Assembly (NCBI GenBank): GCA_003557485.1
Contig: PWOI01000078.1
Coordinates: 1-60,499 of the forward strand
Length of the DNA stretch: 60,499 nt
Source: Elusimicrobiota bacterium
GTDB lineage: Bacteria > CG03 > SLGR01 > PWQF01
Direction: 5' to 3'
In this document: piece after piece, positions 1 to 8,870 of the stretch
Layout: each line of letters starts with the position of its first letter
Position numbering within the stretch: position 1 is the first letter of the stretch
Made by a program: the position numbers and the translations under genes
The notes under the pieces: model-generated
Told to the model about the DNA's origin: nothing
Database searches by the model: none
Seen by the model: the letters and a program-made list of their open reading frames with translations, nothing else

Positions 1-1
1 C

Positions 2-778
2 CTCATTGAATGGGATTATATTGGAGAACTTAAAGAAGTTGTCCTTGTTGTTGACCCCCTGCTAAGCAAAGAAATATCAGGCAACATTCTTTTTACCGCG
101 GAATTTCTTGATATAGATGAAATCACTAAAACTGAATTTGACCCGGATTACAATTATGGAATACTTGATGCAGGCAGTATGGGTGTTTTTGATATCGGGG
201 AAGCTTCCGGCATTACAAGTCGTATTTATGACGAGAAAAGAGACAAGTATGTAATAAAGTTTGATTTTAAAGTTGACGGCGATTCAGTTGTAGGCGTTTG
301 GACCCAAAACTATCCATTGGATATCTCTCCTGACCGATATGATGCCGTAAGAGCAGGGGTATACTCACCGTCTCAACGGGCGGCAGATTCTGTTTGGGTC
401 AAACTTGAAATTAAAGGCGATACGGGACAGCAGGACATCCCACTTGAACTTTCTAAGGGATGGGCGATCTTTAAGGAACCGATACAGTGGAATAAAGTTG
501 GATCTCTGAGGGAAGTTGTATTTGTTGTTTATCCTCAATCAACAATTAATTTTCAGGTCAGCCAGTTCGCAAGCCCTGTAGATCACGCGCCAAGCGCACC
601 TGAAGCTGTTGAGGGAACTTTACTGCTTGATATCGAATTTGAAACTCTTAACTTAATGGAAAAAACTGAGGGCAAACTATTTTTGGTATTTATGTTCGGA
701 TTTATTTTAACATTTCTCACTGGAACCGGACATAAAATTTTTGGACGCGGCAGAAAAAAGAATGTGAAAGACAAATGA
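2..778 (+). CDS. 5'-truncated protein with tandem extracytoplasmic beta-rich domains and a C-terminal TM helix; possibly the N-terminal part of the following GH94 gene
   Basis: The frame is open from base 2 (LIEWDYIGELKEVVLVVDP...), upstream of the track ATG at 179. That segment repeats as IQWNKVGSLREVVFVVYP. Hydrophobic LFLVFMFGFILTFLTG lies near the end. Confidence 0.75.
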   Translation, partial: LIEWDYIGELKEVVLVVDPLLSKEISGNILFTAEFLDIDEITKTEFDPDYNYGILDAGSMGVFDIGEASGITSRIYDEKRDKYVIKFDFKVDGDSVVGVWTQNYPLDISPDRYDAVRAGVYSPSQRAADSVWVKLEIKGDTGQQDIPLELSKGWAIFKEPIQWNKVGSLREVVFVVYPQSTINFQVSQFASPVDHAPSAPEAVEGTLLLDIEFETLNLMEKTEGKLFLVFMFGFILTFLTGTGHKIFGRGRKKNVKDK

Positions 779-984
779 ATAATAACTCTATAGGAATTTC
801 TTATCCGGCCGGAGGCAGGCTAAAAGGATTTAAACTGGACTTTTTATACGGCATATATACTCTTCTTATTGCTGCTTCGGCAATAGGAATATACATCCTT
901 GGAGCTGTATACAGAACAATGAGTGTTTTTGATGTCAACCTGACTATCATGACGATAGCTTTTACCGGAACACTTGCTGTGTAG
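775..984 (+). CDS. 69-aa two-TM segment in frame with the GH94 ORF, separated from it only by TAG 982-984
   Basis: Sequence GTG TAG ATA TTA AAA ATG GGA. Positions 775 and 994 are in the same frame and there is no SD before ATG 994. Confidence 0.6.
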   Translation: MNNNSIGISYPAGGRLKGFKLDFLYGIYTLLIAASAIGIYILGAVYRTMSVFDVNLTIMTIAFTGTLAV

Positions 985-993
985 ATATTAAAA

Positions 994-3900
994 ATGGGAC
1001 TTACCGGAAGAGGTTTGACTCCGGCGGAAGTATTTCAGAATTTTATTATCGCGGGTGTTATTTCAGCCACTTCAACTCCCAAGGCGCTGCTTCAGGTCCC
1101 GGGATCTTTCTCTCAAATATTTAATATAAGCCATATGACAGCTGCAATTGCGTTTACCATCTACTTTACGGTAAACGCCGCATATCTGGCAGTAAAGAAG
1201 AAACATGTAAAAACCCTGACCGGAATAATGATCCTGGGGACACCCTACCTGACCGGATGGCTACTTTTACTTGGAAACCCGGGATTTTTAAGACATATTA
1301 CCGGACTGCTGACATCAGGCGTTTTCTGGAAACATCCGGTTTTTCTTGAAATAACCGGGCGGTTACTTATTGTTTTTCTATTTAATGAAGTTGTTACCAA
1401 TGTAATACGACTGGCTACTAAGTCCGAAGTTCTGAAATCGTTTAAAGCTCACCTTTATTTATTCCTTATATCCCTTGCGGTCTGTCTCTCTCCGTATATA
1501 GCAGACGCAGGTTCTACCACAGCAGTAGCCGCCATGCCTTTTGCATGGCAATCCCTTATTGCGATTATAACTACAGTGCTGTCACACGGACCCCTTTGGG
1601 GAGTGACCTACCTTCTCACGGGAATGCTGTTGGACGGGGCCCAGGGCACTGCGCCTTCACAGGAAACTATTGCAGGAAATATTTCAAGGGGAATAAAAAA
1701 AGGAATGGCATTCAGCGGCATTTTTATGACGCTTTTATACCTTTTGAGAATGGTTTTAGCAGCTGACACTTCACAATTTTTAATAAACGCTCTACCTGTA
1801 ATCATAGGCACTGCTGCAGGGGCTCTTATTTTTCCATTTATAAAGAATGTAATTGAAACCTTTGACGGCAGTAAACCTTTCTTCATAAGGCTTCGTTACT
1901 CTTACCGCAACTGGATACTCTATCTGCGCGGTGCTGTATTCGGTTTCGGGATGGCATACGGAATAACTATCGGAATGTTTGATCTTCCCATGTCCTCAAG
2001 AATACCTTACGGACTGGCTGTGGGAATAGCTGCTTCCGGGCTGATCAGCCTTATCAGGGATGTGATTTACAAAGTCAGGGGGCAGGGAGATATACAGACC
2101 TGGAAACTTTATTTTTTTGATACTCTTATCGGCGGTTTTGTGGGTAGCGCCCTTGCTTTTTATCTTGACACTGCGCAGGTCCCGGTTGTCATTGAAAAAT
2201 TCTACCAGTATACAACCGCAGGTTTTGAAGGCCGGCCATACATAACATTTCCTTTGCTGAACAAATGGGGAATGATTGACCTGGGTGTCTATGCCGGCGG
2301 GGTAAAACTTCTTTATACCGAAGCTCTTGCGGGTGTTCTGAACTGGTCAGTGGCTGCCTGGCTTTTTGCAATTAACCGCGTATTAATGGAAGCATATTTT
2401 AAAAAGGACAAGTCGGTAATTAAAAACTTTTTTTCAAAGGAAGGGGCAGTGGACCTTGTAAAACACCTTGTGCGGGTCATGCGATGGGGACTTTGGATGG
2501 CGCCGATTATTTTTACTTTTCTTCGTATGATGCCCGAACCTACCTGGTATAACCAGGACGGACTTGTAAGGACATTTTTTGCTACTATTCAGAGCATAAC
2601 AAGTTCAACAGAATCATTCCATATCTGGAGCCTGAATGTTTTCCTTTATATTTTGATTTATGACTTTTTCCGGATTCTTATCTGGATAGATCATATGGGC
2701 CTTCGTGTTGCCACCCTTGTCAACTGGAGCTTTTTAGGGCTTGACCGCCTTGATGATAAAATTGCGCGCTTTATCGGCCCCATAACCGCCCAGAAATATA
2801 TACCGGAGGGAGTAAAACGTTTTGTAACATGGGCTCCACTGCTTATACCGTTTTATATGCCTGCCGGCGAAGCATGGGACTATCTTTGGACTTCTTCTCA
2901 GGCGATGCGTACGGCTCCAATGTACAGAACACTTCTTGATTTCTTTGGAACGCTTTCAGGAAACCAGATGTTTTTATTTTCCCTGGGGGCGCTTTTCCTG
3001 ACAACAGGAGCTTTTTCCGGGGCAAGATTCCTGAAGTCTAAAAGAAAAAAGAAAAAAACTTATACCCTCCGCAGCGGAGATTACAGCGTACGTGTTAATG
3101 AAAACGGCAGCCTTTACAGCTCCATCAGAAAGGAAGTATATAATAAATGGCAATCCCAGACTGATATTTTTGAATATGATATCAGCCGCCGTTCGTACGA
3201 CATAATAGATCCGTGCGGAAGAACGCTCTTTATAAAGGACAATGAAAACAACGGAGACTATTGGCCGGTAGCCGGGAATTATCCTGAAGACAAGTTTCAA
3301 AAATCGCATATTACCAGAAAAAATAACCGTATTAGTCTGGTTAATGTTCAAAACGGTATTAAAACAACTGTTAACATATCCATACCGGAAAAACGTCTCC
3401 ATGCTGAATTGTGGGACATAAAGATTGAAAACCTGACTGAAAGGAACCGCTCCATTAAACTTATTCCTTACCTGGAATGGGTCTTAAACAGTCCTAATGA
3501 CGACGTTTTCAACCCGCAATATACAAAAATGTTTTCTCAGGTAGAATACAATGCAGAATCAAATGCCATACTCTCATGGGAAAAGAAGAAGAAAATAATG
3601 GGATTCATGGCTATGGATGCTAGACCGGAGGGTTTTCTAAATTACAGGCTTGATTTTATAGGAAGAGCACGAAGTATCTGGAAACCCGAAGCGTTGGATA
3701 CCCTGGACTTTATGCAGCCGGCTGACACCCCCGGTTATCCTACGTTTGACCCCATAGGTTCAATGCTTATAGATTCTAATCTTAAATCCGGCGGAACAAA
3801 AAATTTCAAACTTATTATAGGATGCGCAGACAACAAAGATGAAGCGCTTTCTGTAATAAACAGAATAATAAAACCTGACGGACTTTCGGAAAATACTGCA

Positions 3901-6297
3901 GAAAGAATAAATACGGAAAAAAAGAGGCCACTTATCGGTCATGGCAAAATTCCTGCCGGCACCCCGCAGCCGTATCACAGCTACATAAATAACGGAAACA
4001 GCATGATTGTGAAAACGCCATATACACCCAGGCCATTTGACCATCAGATGTCTAATAAATTCAGCCATTCGGTTATGCTTACCAACAGGGGCCTGCACAC
4101 AACCTGCAACCATAATTCCCAGCAGAACCGCCTGACTCCTGACTGCGCAGATATTGTCACCCGCGAGATACCGGGTGAAGCATTCTATATATATGATATT
4201 GATTACGGCGACTGGCATTCTCCCACATATCATCCGCTGAACAATCCAGAAGCAGATTATGAAACAGAATTCAGCGTTGATGGAACCGCTGTTTACAGAA
4301 TGTCGCGCAAGGACATTGAAACTGAGCTGACTGTCTTTGTTCCGCCCGATGAGCCGGCCGGAATATATATGCTTAAAATTAAAAATAACAATGACTCACC
4401 AAAGAGACTGAGAATTTCTCCCTATTTCCAGATGGTGCTGGGTTTTGTCCCTTCACAGGGGCAGCCGGGTGCGTCGATGCCAGCCGGCCTCACTATAAAA
4501 AAAGACGGAAATAACGGGGCTTTGTACTTTGAAAATCCTTCAAACAGTTTCCGTCGCGGACCTGCATTTGTTTCGATGACAGTAAAGCCTGAAGTAACCG
4601 AAACACAAAGAGGAAAATTTTTCGGCGCCGGACGAGGGATAGACAATCCTGTACTGCTTCATCACGGAAAACCGGATTTATCATCCAATGATTATAAAAG
4701 GCCCATAGCTGCTTTGCTTAAAACTATAGTGGTTGCGCCGGGTCAGGAGTACACACTGGCAGCAATTATGGGTCAGACTGATACACAGAAAGATGCCGAA
4801 AGGATAGTACATAAGTACAGAGACCTTAAAAGTGTCAGATCCGCTCTTACTGAAACCCGCGACTGGTGGAACAACCTGATGTCAACTGTGGAAGTTCAGA
4901 CTAACAAGGAAGAGTTTGATCACATGTTGAACTGGCTTAAATACCAGGACATAGTTGACCGGGTATGGTCCAGAAGAGGGTTCTATCAGTCCAGCGGAGC
5001 TTACGGGTACCGCGACCAGCTTCAGGATACAATAAACATAATGTGGGTAGACCCTAAAATGGCCCGCAACCAGATTATACTCCATGCATCCCAGCAATTC
5101 ATAGAGGGAGATGTTTTCCACTGGTTTTTTACACTCCCGGACGGAAGTACAGCCTTCGCATGCCGCAGCAACGCTTCCGACAACCTGCTGTGGCTAGTTT
5201 GGGGTACTGTAGAGTATATTAAATCTACAGGTGACTATTCTATACTGGATGAAGTCACATCCTATGTATATTCAGAGGACCCCTTTGAGAAACTTCCTAA
5301 AAATCCTCACGGAGTAGGAGGGCTCTATGGAAGATCAACACGTTCGGACACTATATACAGGCACTGTTTGAAATCAATAGATCTTGTTTTTAATAATAGA
5401 ACAGGTATCAACGGCCTTCCGCTTATACAGACAGGTGACTGGAATGACGGCCTTGATGAAATAGGCAGCCAGGGTAAGGGCGAAAGTGTATGGCTGGGTA
5501 TTTTCCTTTTCTACAGCCTCACGGAAATGCTTCCTGTTATTGAAAAGAGGGATGGAAAAAAACAAAGGGATTACTATGAAGGAAAGCTTAACGGGCTTAA
5601 AGACTCCATAGAAAAAACCTGGAGAGAAGACCGGTATCTGAGAGCCTTCCATGATGATGGAACAGAAATAGGTATTAAGGGAAGCGGAATATGGGAAATT
5701 GACGCTCTTACTGCAGCCTGGGCCGTCATATCCGGGGTAAACCCTGAACGTTCGGAGATAATGTTTAATACAGCCCTAGATGTTCTTGAAAAAGGAAACC
5801 AGATTCTTCTTGGCTGGCCGGCTCTTAATGAAGACAGTAAACCTTACCTTGGAAGAAGCTGCGTTTATCCTGCCGGTGTACGGGAAAACGGTATGTATTG
5901 CCATGGAGTCCAGTGGCTGATACAAGCGGCAAGGATACTTGCGCGAAAGCATGAACAGCAGGGCAACACCGCTAAAGCCGACGAGTACAGGCAGACTACT
6001 TACAGACTGTGGAGGAAAATCACCCCTGTTGCCCATACTACTCCTGAAGAAATTGAAGTCTACGGCGGCCAGCCCAACAAACAGCAGGCAGATGTTTTGA
6101 CAAATTTTGATCCCGGAAGAATGATCTGGAACGGTTACACAGGTTCGGGAGGATGGCTTTTCAGGGATGCGATTGAAGGCGTTATAGGAGCATCTCTGAA
6201 AGAAAACAAGCCCGTTATGCCTGAAGACCTTGAGAAACCCCGGGGAGAACTTAAAATAATTAAATTAAAGCGGGATATAAAAAGAAGCCCGCTCTAA
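994..6297 (+). CDS. Polytopic membrane protein fused to a GH94 (glycosyltransferase-36-type) glycoside phosphorylase resembling the NdvB/Cgs C-terminal region
   Basis: About 680 aa of successive hydrophobic helices, then two GH94N-like beta-sandwich segments (TPRPF...NSQQNRLTP...PGEAFYI) and catalytic-domain motifs GFYQSSGAYGYRDQLQD, GDWNDG, GESVWLG, GVRENG and YTGSGGW. Confidence 0.88.
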   Translation: MGLTGRGLTPAEVFQNFIIAGVISATSTPKALLQVPGSFSQIFNISHMTAAIAFTIYFTVNAAYLAVKKKHVKTLTGIMILGTPYLTGWLLLLGNPGFLRHITGLLTSGVFWKHPVFLEITGRLLIVFLFNEVVTNVIRLATKSEVLKSFKAHLYLFLISLAVCLSPYIADAGSTTAVAAMPFAWQSLIAIITTVLSHGPLWGVTYLLTGMLLDGAQGTAPSQETIAGNISRGIKKGMAFSGIFMTLLYLLRMVLAADTSQFLINALPVIIGTAAGALIFPFIKNVIETFDGSKPFFIRLRYSYRNWILYLRGAVFGFGMAYGITIGMFDLPMSSRIPYGLAVGIAASGLISLIRDVIYKVRGQGDIQTWKLYFFDTLIGGFVGSALAFYLDTAQVPVVIEKFYQYTTAGFEGRPYITFPLLNKWGMIDLGVYAGGVKLLYTEALAGVLNWSVAAWLFAINRVLMEAYFKKDKSVIKNFFSKEGAVDLVKHLVRVMRWGLWMAPIIFTFLRMMPEPTWYNQDGLVRTFFATIQSITSSTESFHIWSLNVFLYILIYDFFRILIWIDHMGLRVATLVNWSFLGLDRLDDKIARFIGPITAQKYIPEGVKRFVTWAPLLIPFYMPAGEAWDYLWTSSQAMRTAPMYRTLLDFFGTLSGNQMFLFSLGALFLTTGAFSGARFLKSKRKKKKTYTLRSGDYSVRVNENGSLYSSIRKEVYNKWQSQTDIFEYDISRRSYDIIDPCGRTLFIKDNENNGDYWPVAGNYPEDKFQKSHITRKNNRISLVNVQNGIKTTVNISIPEKRLHAELWDIKIENLTERNRSIKLIPYLEWVLNSPNDDVFNPQYTKMFSQVEYNAESNAILSWEKKKKIMGFMAMDARPEGFLNYRLDFIGRARSIWKPEALDTLDFMQPADTPGYPTFDPIGSMLIDSNLKSGGTKNFKLIIGCADNKDEALSVINRIIKPDGLSENTAERINTEKKRPLIGHGKIPAGTPQPYHSYINNGNSMIVKTPYTPRPFDHQMSNKFSHSVMLTNRGLHTTCNHNSQQNRLTPDCADIVTREIPGEAFYIYDIDYGDWHSPTYHPLNNPEADYETEFSVDGTAVYRMSRKDIETELTVFVPPDEPAGIYMLKIKNNNDSPKRLRISPYFQMVLGFVPSQGQPGASMPAGLTIKKDGNNGALYFENPSNSFRRGPAFVSMTVKPEVTETQRGKFFGAGRGIDNPVLLHHGKPDLSSNDYKRPIAALLKTIVVAPGQEYTLAAIMGQTDTQKDAERIVHKYRDLKSVRSALTETRDWWNNLMSTVEVQTNKEEFDHMLNWLKYQDIVDRVWSRRGFYQSSGAYGYRDQLQDTINIMWVDPKMARNQIILHASQQFIEGDVFHWFFTLPDGSTAFACRSNASDNLLWLVWGTVEYIKSTGDYSILDEVTSYVYSEDPFEKLPKNPHGVGGLYGRSTRSDTIYRHCLKSIDLVFNNRTGINGLPLIQTGDWNDGLDEIGSQGKGESVWLGIFLFYSLTEMLPVIEKRDGKKQRDYYEGKLNGLKDSIEKTWREDRYLRAFHDDGTEIGIKGSGIWEIDALTAAWAVISGVNPERSEIMFNTALDVLEKGNQILLGWPALNEDSKPYLGRSCVYPAGVRENGMYCHGVQWLIQAARILARKHEQQGNTAKADEYRQTTYRLWRKITPVAHTTPEEIEVYGGQPNKQQADVLTNFDPGRMIWNGYTGSGGWLFRDAIEGVIGASLKENKPVMPEDLEKPRGELKIIKLKRDIKRSPL

Positions 6298-6398
6298 TAC
6301 AAATTATGAGCTTTGAAAAAAAATCCATTCTGTATCATATTTATATCATGGTTATTTAAGAATGTATTTTTGAGCTAGTAAAGAAAGGATTTTTTCAA

Positions 6399-8870
6399 AT
6401 GGTTTATTTATCAAAAATTATTATTATTGCCTATACTCTTCTGAGCATTGCAGGGTTTACCGTAAAAGCAGAGGAAATCCTCCTGATTGATGACTTCAGA
6501 AACGACCGCAGGGTAAACCTGCTTAATTCGCAGACTGGCCCCTGGGAAATGGACCCGCAGGATGAATCGGAATGGGCCTGCTGCCAGGCAGTTACAACCG
6601 AGAGAGACGGGCAGGAAACAAGAGCCCTTAAAATAGAATATAAAGTGTTTCCGGGAGCTTTCAACGGCTATTTCACAAAACTAAACGGAGTAGACGGAAG
6701 GTCCTATGAAAGACTGGAATTTTACGTGAAAGGGGGAGAAAGATTTCCCCGGCGCTTTAAACTGGAACTTAAGAATAAGGCGGGAGAAACGGGTAACTAC
6801 TATGTTTCGTCAATATCCGAAGACTGGGAAAAATATTCTGTGCCCTTTTACCAGTTCAGGGGGCTCAGAGATTTATCCGGACTTGATGAACTTGTAATTG
6901 TTTTTGAAGGAAATGTCGTCGGTGAACCCGAGGGTTCAATTTATATTGACAATCTTAAGCTGTCCGGCAGCAGAGAGAGGCATATAAAAGTATCCCAAAA
7001 AATACAAGACGAACAGCTTAAAAAACGCGGCGAAATAGATACTCTTCTTGCTATGGGGGAAGATGACCTCCTTGAAACAATATCAAAAAAAGTCTTTAAT
7101 TACTTCTGGGAAGAGACTGATCCGCAAACCGGCTTTATAAGAGACCGGTCGCGTACAAATGTCCCATCCAGTATAGCGGCAACCGGTTTCGGCCTGGCCG
7201 CAATATCTATAGGAGTCCATAGGGGATGGGTTGATTACGACAGGGCCCGGGAAAGAGTTATTAAAACTTTAAAAAACATCAAAAACAAGGCAGAAGGGCA
7301 TAAGGGTTATTTTTATCATTTCATTGATATGAGAACGGGAAAGAGAGCCTGGCAATGCGAACTTTCTTCGGTTGATACGGCTTTGCTTTTCGGCGGTATT
7401 ATAGTTGCCCGTGAGTATTTCGAATGTAACGAAATAACCGAATTGGCTGATGAACTCTACTATGCGGTAGAATGGCCCTTTATGGTAGAACCCAATACTA
7501 AGGGAGTTTATATGGGATGGGACCCGGAAAACGGTTTCGATGAGTATATATTGTGGGACATGTACGGGGAACAGATGTTAATGTATATACTGGGGCTGGG
7601 TTCTCCGACACATCCTTTTCCGCAGGAAACCTGGCATTCATTCCGGCGCCCCGTAAAGCTCTATGACGATATTGCCTATATCTATTGCGAAAGCGAGTCT
7701 CTTTTTGTATATCTCTTCTCCCATGCATTTATTGATTTCCGGGATAAGCATGATGATTACGCCGATTATTGGGTCAACAACAAAAACGCCGTAAAGGCGC
7801 ATATAGCCTTCTGCCGCAACAATCCGCTGGGGTTTGAAGTATTTGAAAAAGGATTATGGGGGATTTCGGCAAGCGACGGCCCTGACGGCTATAGAAATTA
7901 CGGGGCGACTGTCTTCACCACAGACGGGACCATAGCCCCTTATTCCGTACCCGGTTCCTATCCCTTTGTTCCCGAGGAAGCGCTGAGTACAATACGGCTT
8001 ATGGTTGATCTCTACGGGGAAAACATATGGGATGCTAACCGCTACGGTTTCGTAAGCGCTTTTAATCCTGAAAGAAACTGGTACTCGGGGGAATTTATTG
8101 GCATAGACCTGGGAATAATGCTTCTTATGATGGAAAACTACAGGAGCGAGTTCATCTGGGATCATTTTATGCGTAATGAATATGTTCAGCGCGGTATGGA
8201 GAAGGCCGGTTTTCGCGAGGGGACAAAAGAAATTGAGTATGACCCCGCTGATATGGAACAAATAGGGCTTGACAGGAGATCATACACTGCCAGAAGAATA
8301 GACAGCCATCAAGAACTTACTGAAGATGACTTTACCAGTATGGATGATACTATGTTCGAATTCGGAAAAACCGATTACCGCGGAGACCTCCAGGCTGAGT
8401 TTGCGCTGGGATGGAACCCCGAATACCTCTTTGTAACTGCAAATGTAAAGACTGACATTGTTATAGCTGATATGCCCCCCAACCGCATCTATCAGCATGA
8501 CTCCGTTGAAATATTTATTTCACCCAATGAATTTCTGACCTGGGCCTACCCGACGCACTTCCAGATTGGTTTTTCACCGTCAGGCCCGGATAACGTTCCG
8601 CAGGTATATTCTTATTTTCAGAATGAAATTCCGGAAAATTACGTAACAGTTGAATCGGAAATAACAGACCGGGGATATATAATAAACGCCGCGGTACAGT
8701 GGGAATACCTTCGCATTAACCCTGAAGCCAGAAACACAATAGGGTTTTCACTTGCGGTCCATGATATGGAAAGACCGCGCAGGGACGGCGCCGGCGGCGC
8801 AAAACTTAACTGGGCATTCAGCCAGACACCGGCAGGAATTCTTCTGGGAGAGCTTATACTTCAACAGTGA
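6399..8870 (+). CDS. Secreted glucoamylase-like (PF10091-type, GH144-like beta-1,2-glucanase) with N-terminal CBM11/CIA30-like and C-terminal CBM9/DOMON-like domains
   Basis: Signal peptide; motifs SSIAATGFGL, GYFYHFID, ELSSVDTALL, WGISASDGPDGY, DGTIAP and IGIDLGIMLLMMENYR; C-terminal WNPEYLFV...DSVEIFI...GYIINAAVQW; SD AAAGGA. Confidence 0.85.
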   Translation: MVYLSKIIIIAYTLLSIAGFTVKAEEILLIDDFRNDRRVNLLNSQTGPWEMDPQDESEWACCQAVTTERDGQETRALKIEYKVFPGAFNGYFTKLNGVDGRSYERLEFYVKGGERFPRRFKLELKNKAGETGNYYVSSISEDWEKYSVPFYQFRGLRDLSGLDELVIVFEGNVVGEPEGSIYIDNLKLSGSRERHIKVSQKIQDEQLKKRGEIDTLLAMGEDDLLETISKKVFNYFWEETDPQTGFIRDRSRTNVPSSIAATGFGLAAISIGVHRGWVDYDRARERVIKTLKNIKNKAEGHKGYFYHFIDMRTGKRAWQCELSSVDTALLFGGIIVAREYFECNEITELADELYYAVEWPFMVEPNTKGVYMGWDPENGFDEYILWDMYGEQMLMYILGLGSPTHPFPQETWHSFRRPVKLYDDIAYIYCESESLFVYLFSHAFIDFRDKHDDYADYWVNNKNAVKAHIAFCRNNPLGFEVFEKGLWGISASDGPDGYRNYGATVFTTDGTIAPYSVPGSYPFVPEEALSTIRLMVDLYGENIWDANRYGFVSAFNPERNWYSGEFIGIDLGIMLLMMENYRSEFIWDHFMRNEYVQRGMEKAGFREGTKEIEYDPADMEQIGLDRRSYTARRIDSHQELTEDDFTSMDDTMFEFGKTDYRGDLQAEFALGWNPEYLFVTANVKTDIVIADMPPNRIYQHDSVEIFISPNEFLTWAYPTHFQIGFSPSGPDNVPQVYSYFQNEIPENYVTVESEITDRGYIINAAVQWEYLRINPEARNTIGFSLAVHDMERPRRDGAGGAKLNWAFSQTPAGILLGELILQQ

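Noticed and set aside
982-984. Genome-wide TAG reassignment
   Set aside because: TAG cleanly ends several full-length genes here (11667, 15504, 16563, 40955, 55261).
775-6297. Calling the large gene a full cyclic beta-1,2-glucan synthase (ndvB/cgs)
   Set aside because: Only the GH94 part resembles Cgs; no GT84 catalytic motifs are visible in the N-terminal membrane region.
6313-6341. Promoter upstream of the GH144 gene
   Set aside because: TTGAAA is present, but no good -10 hexamer lies at 16-18 bp spacing.
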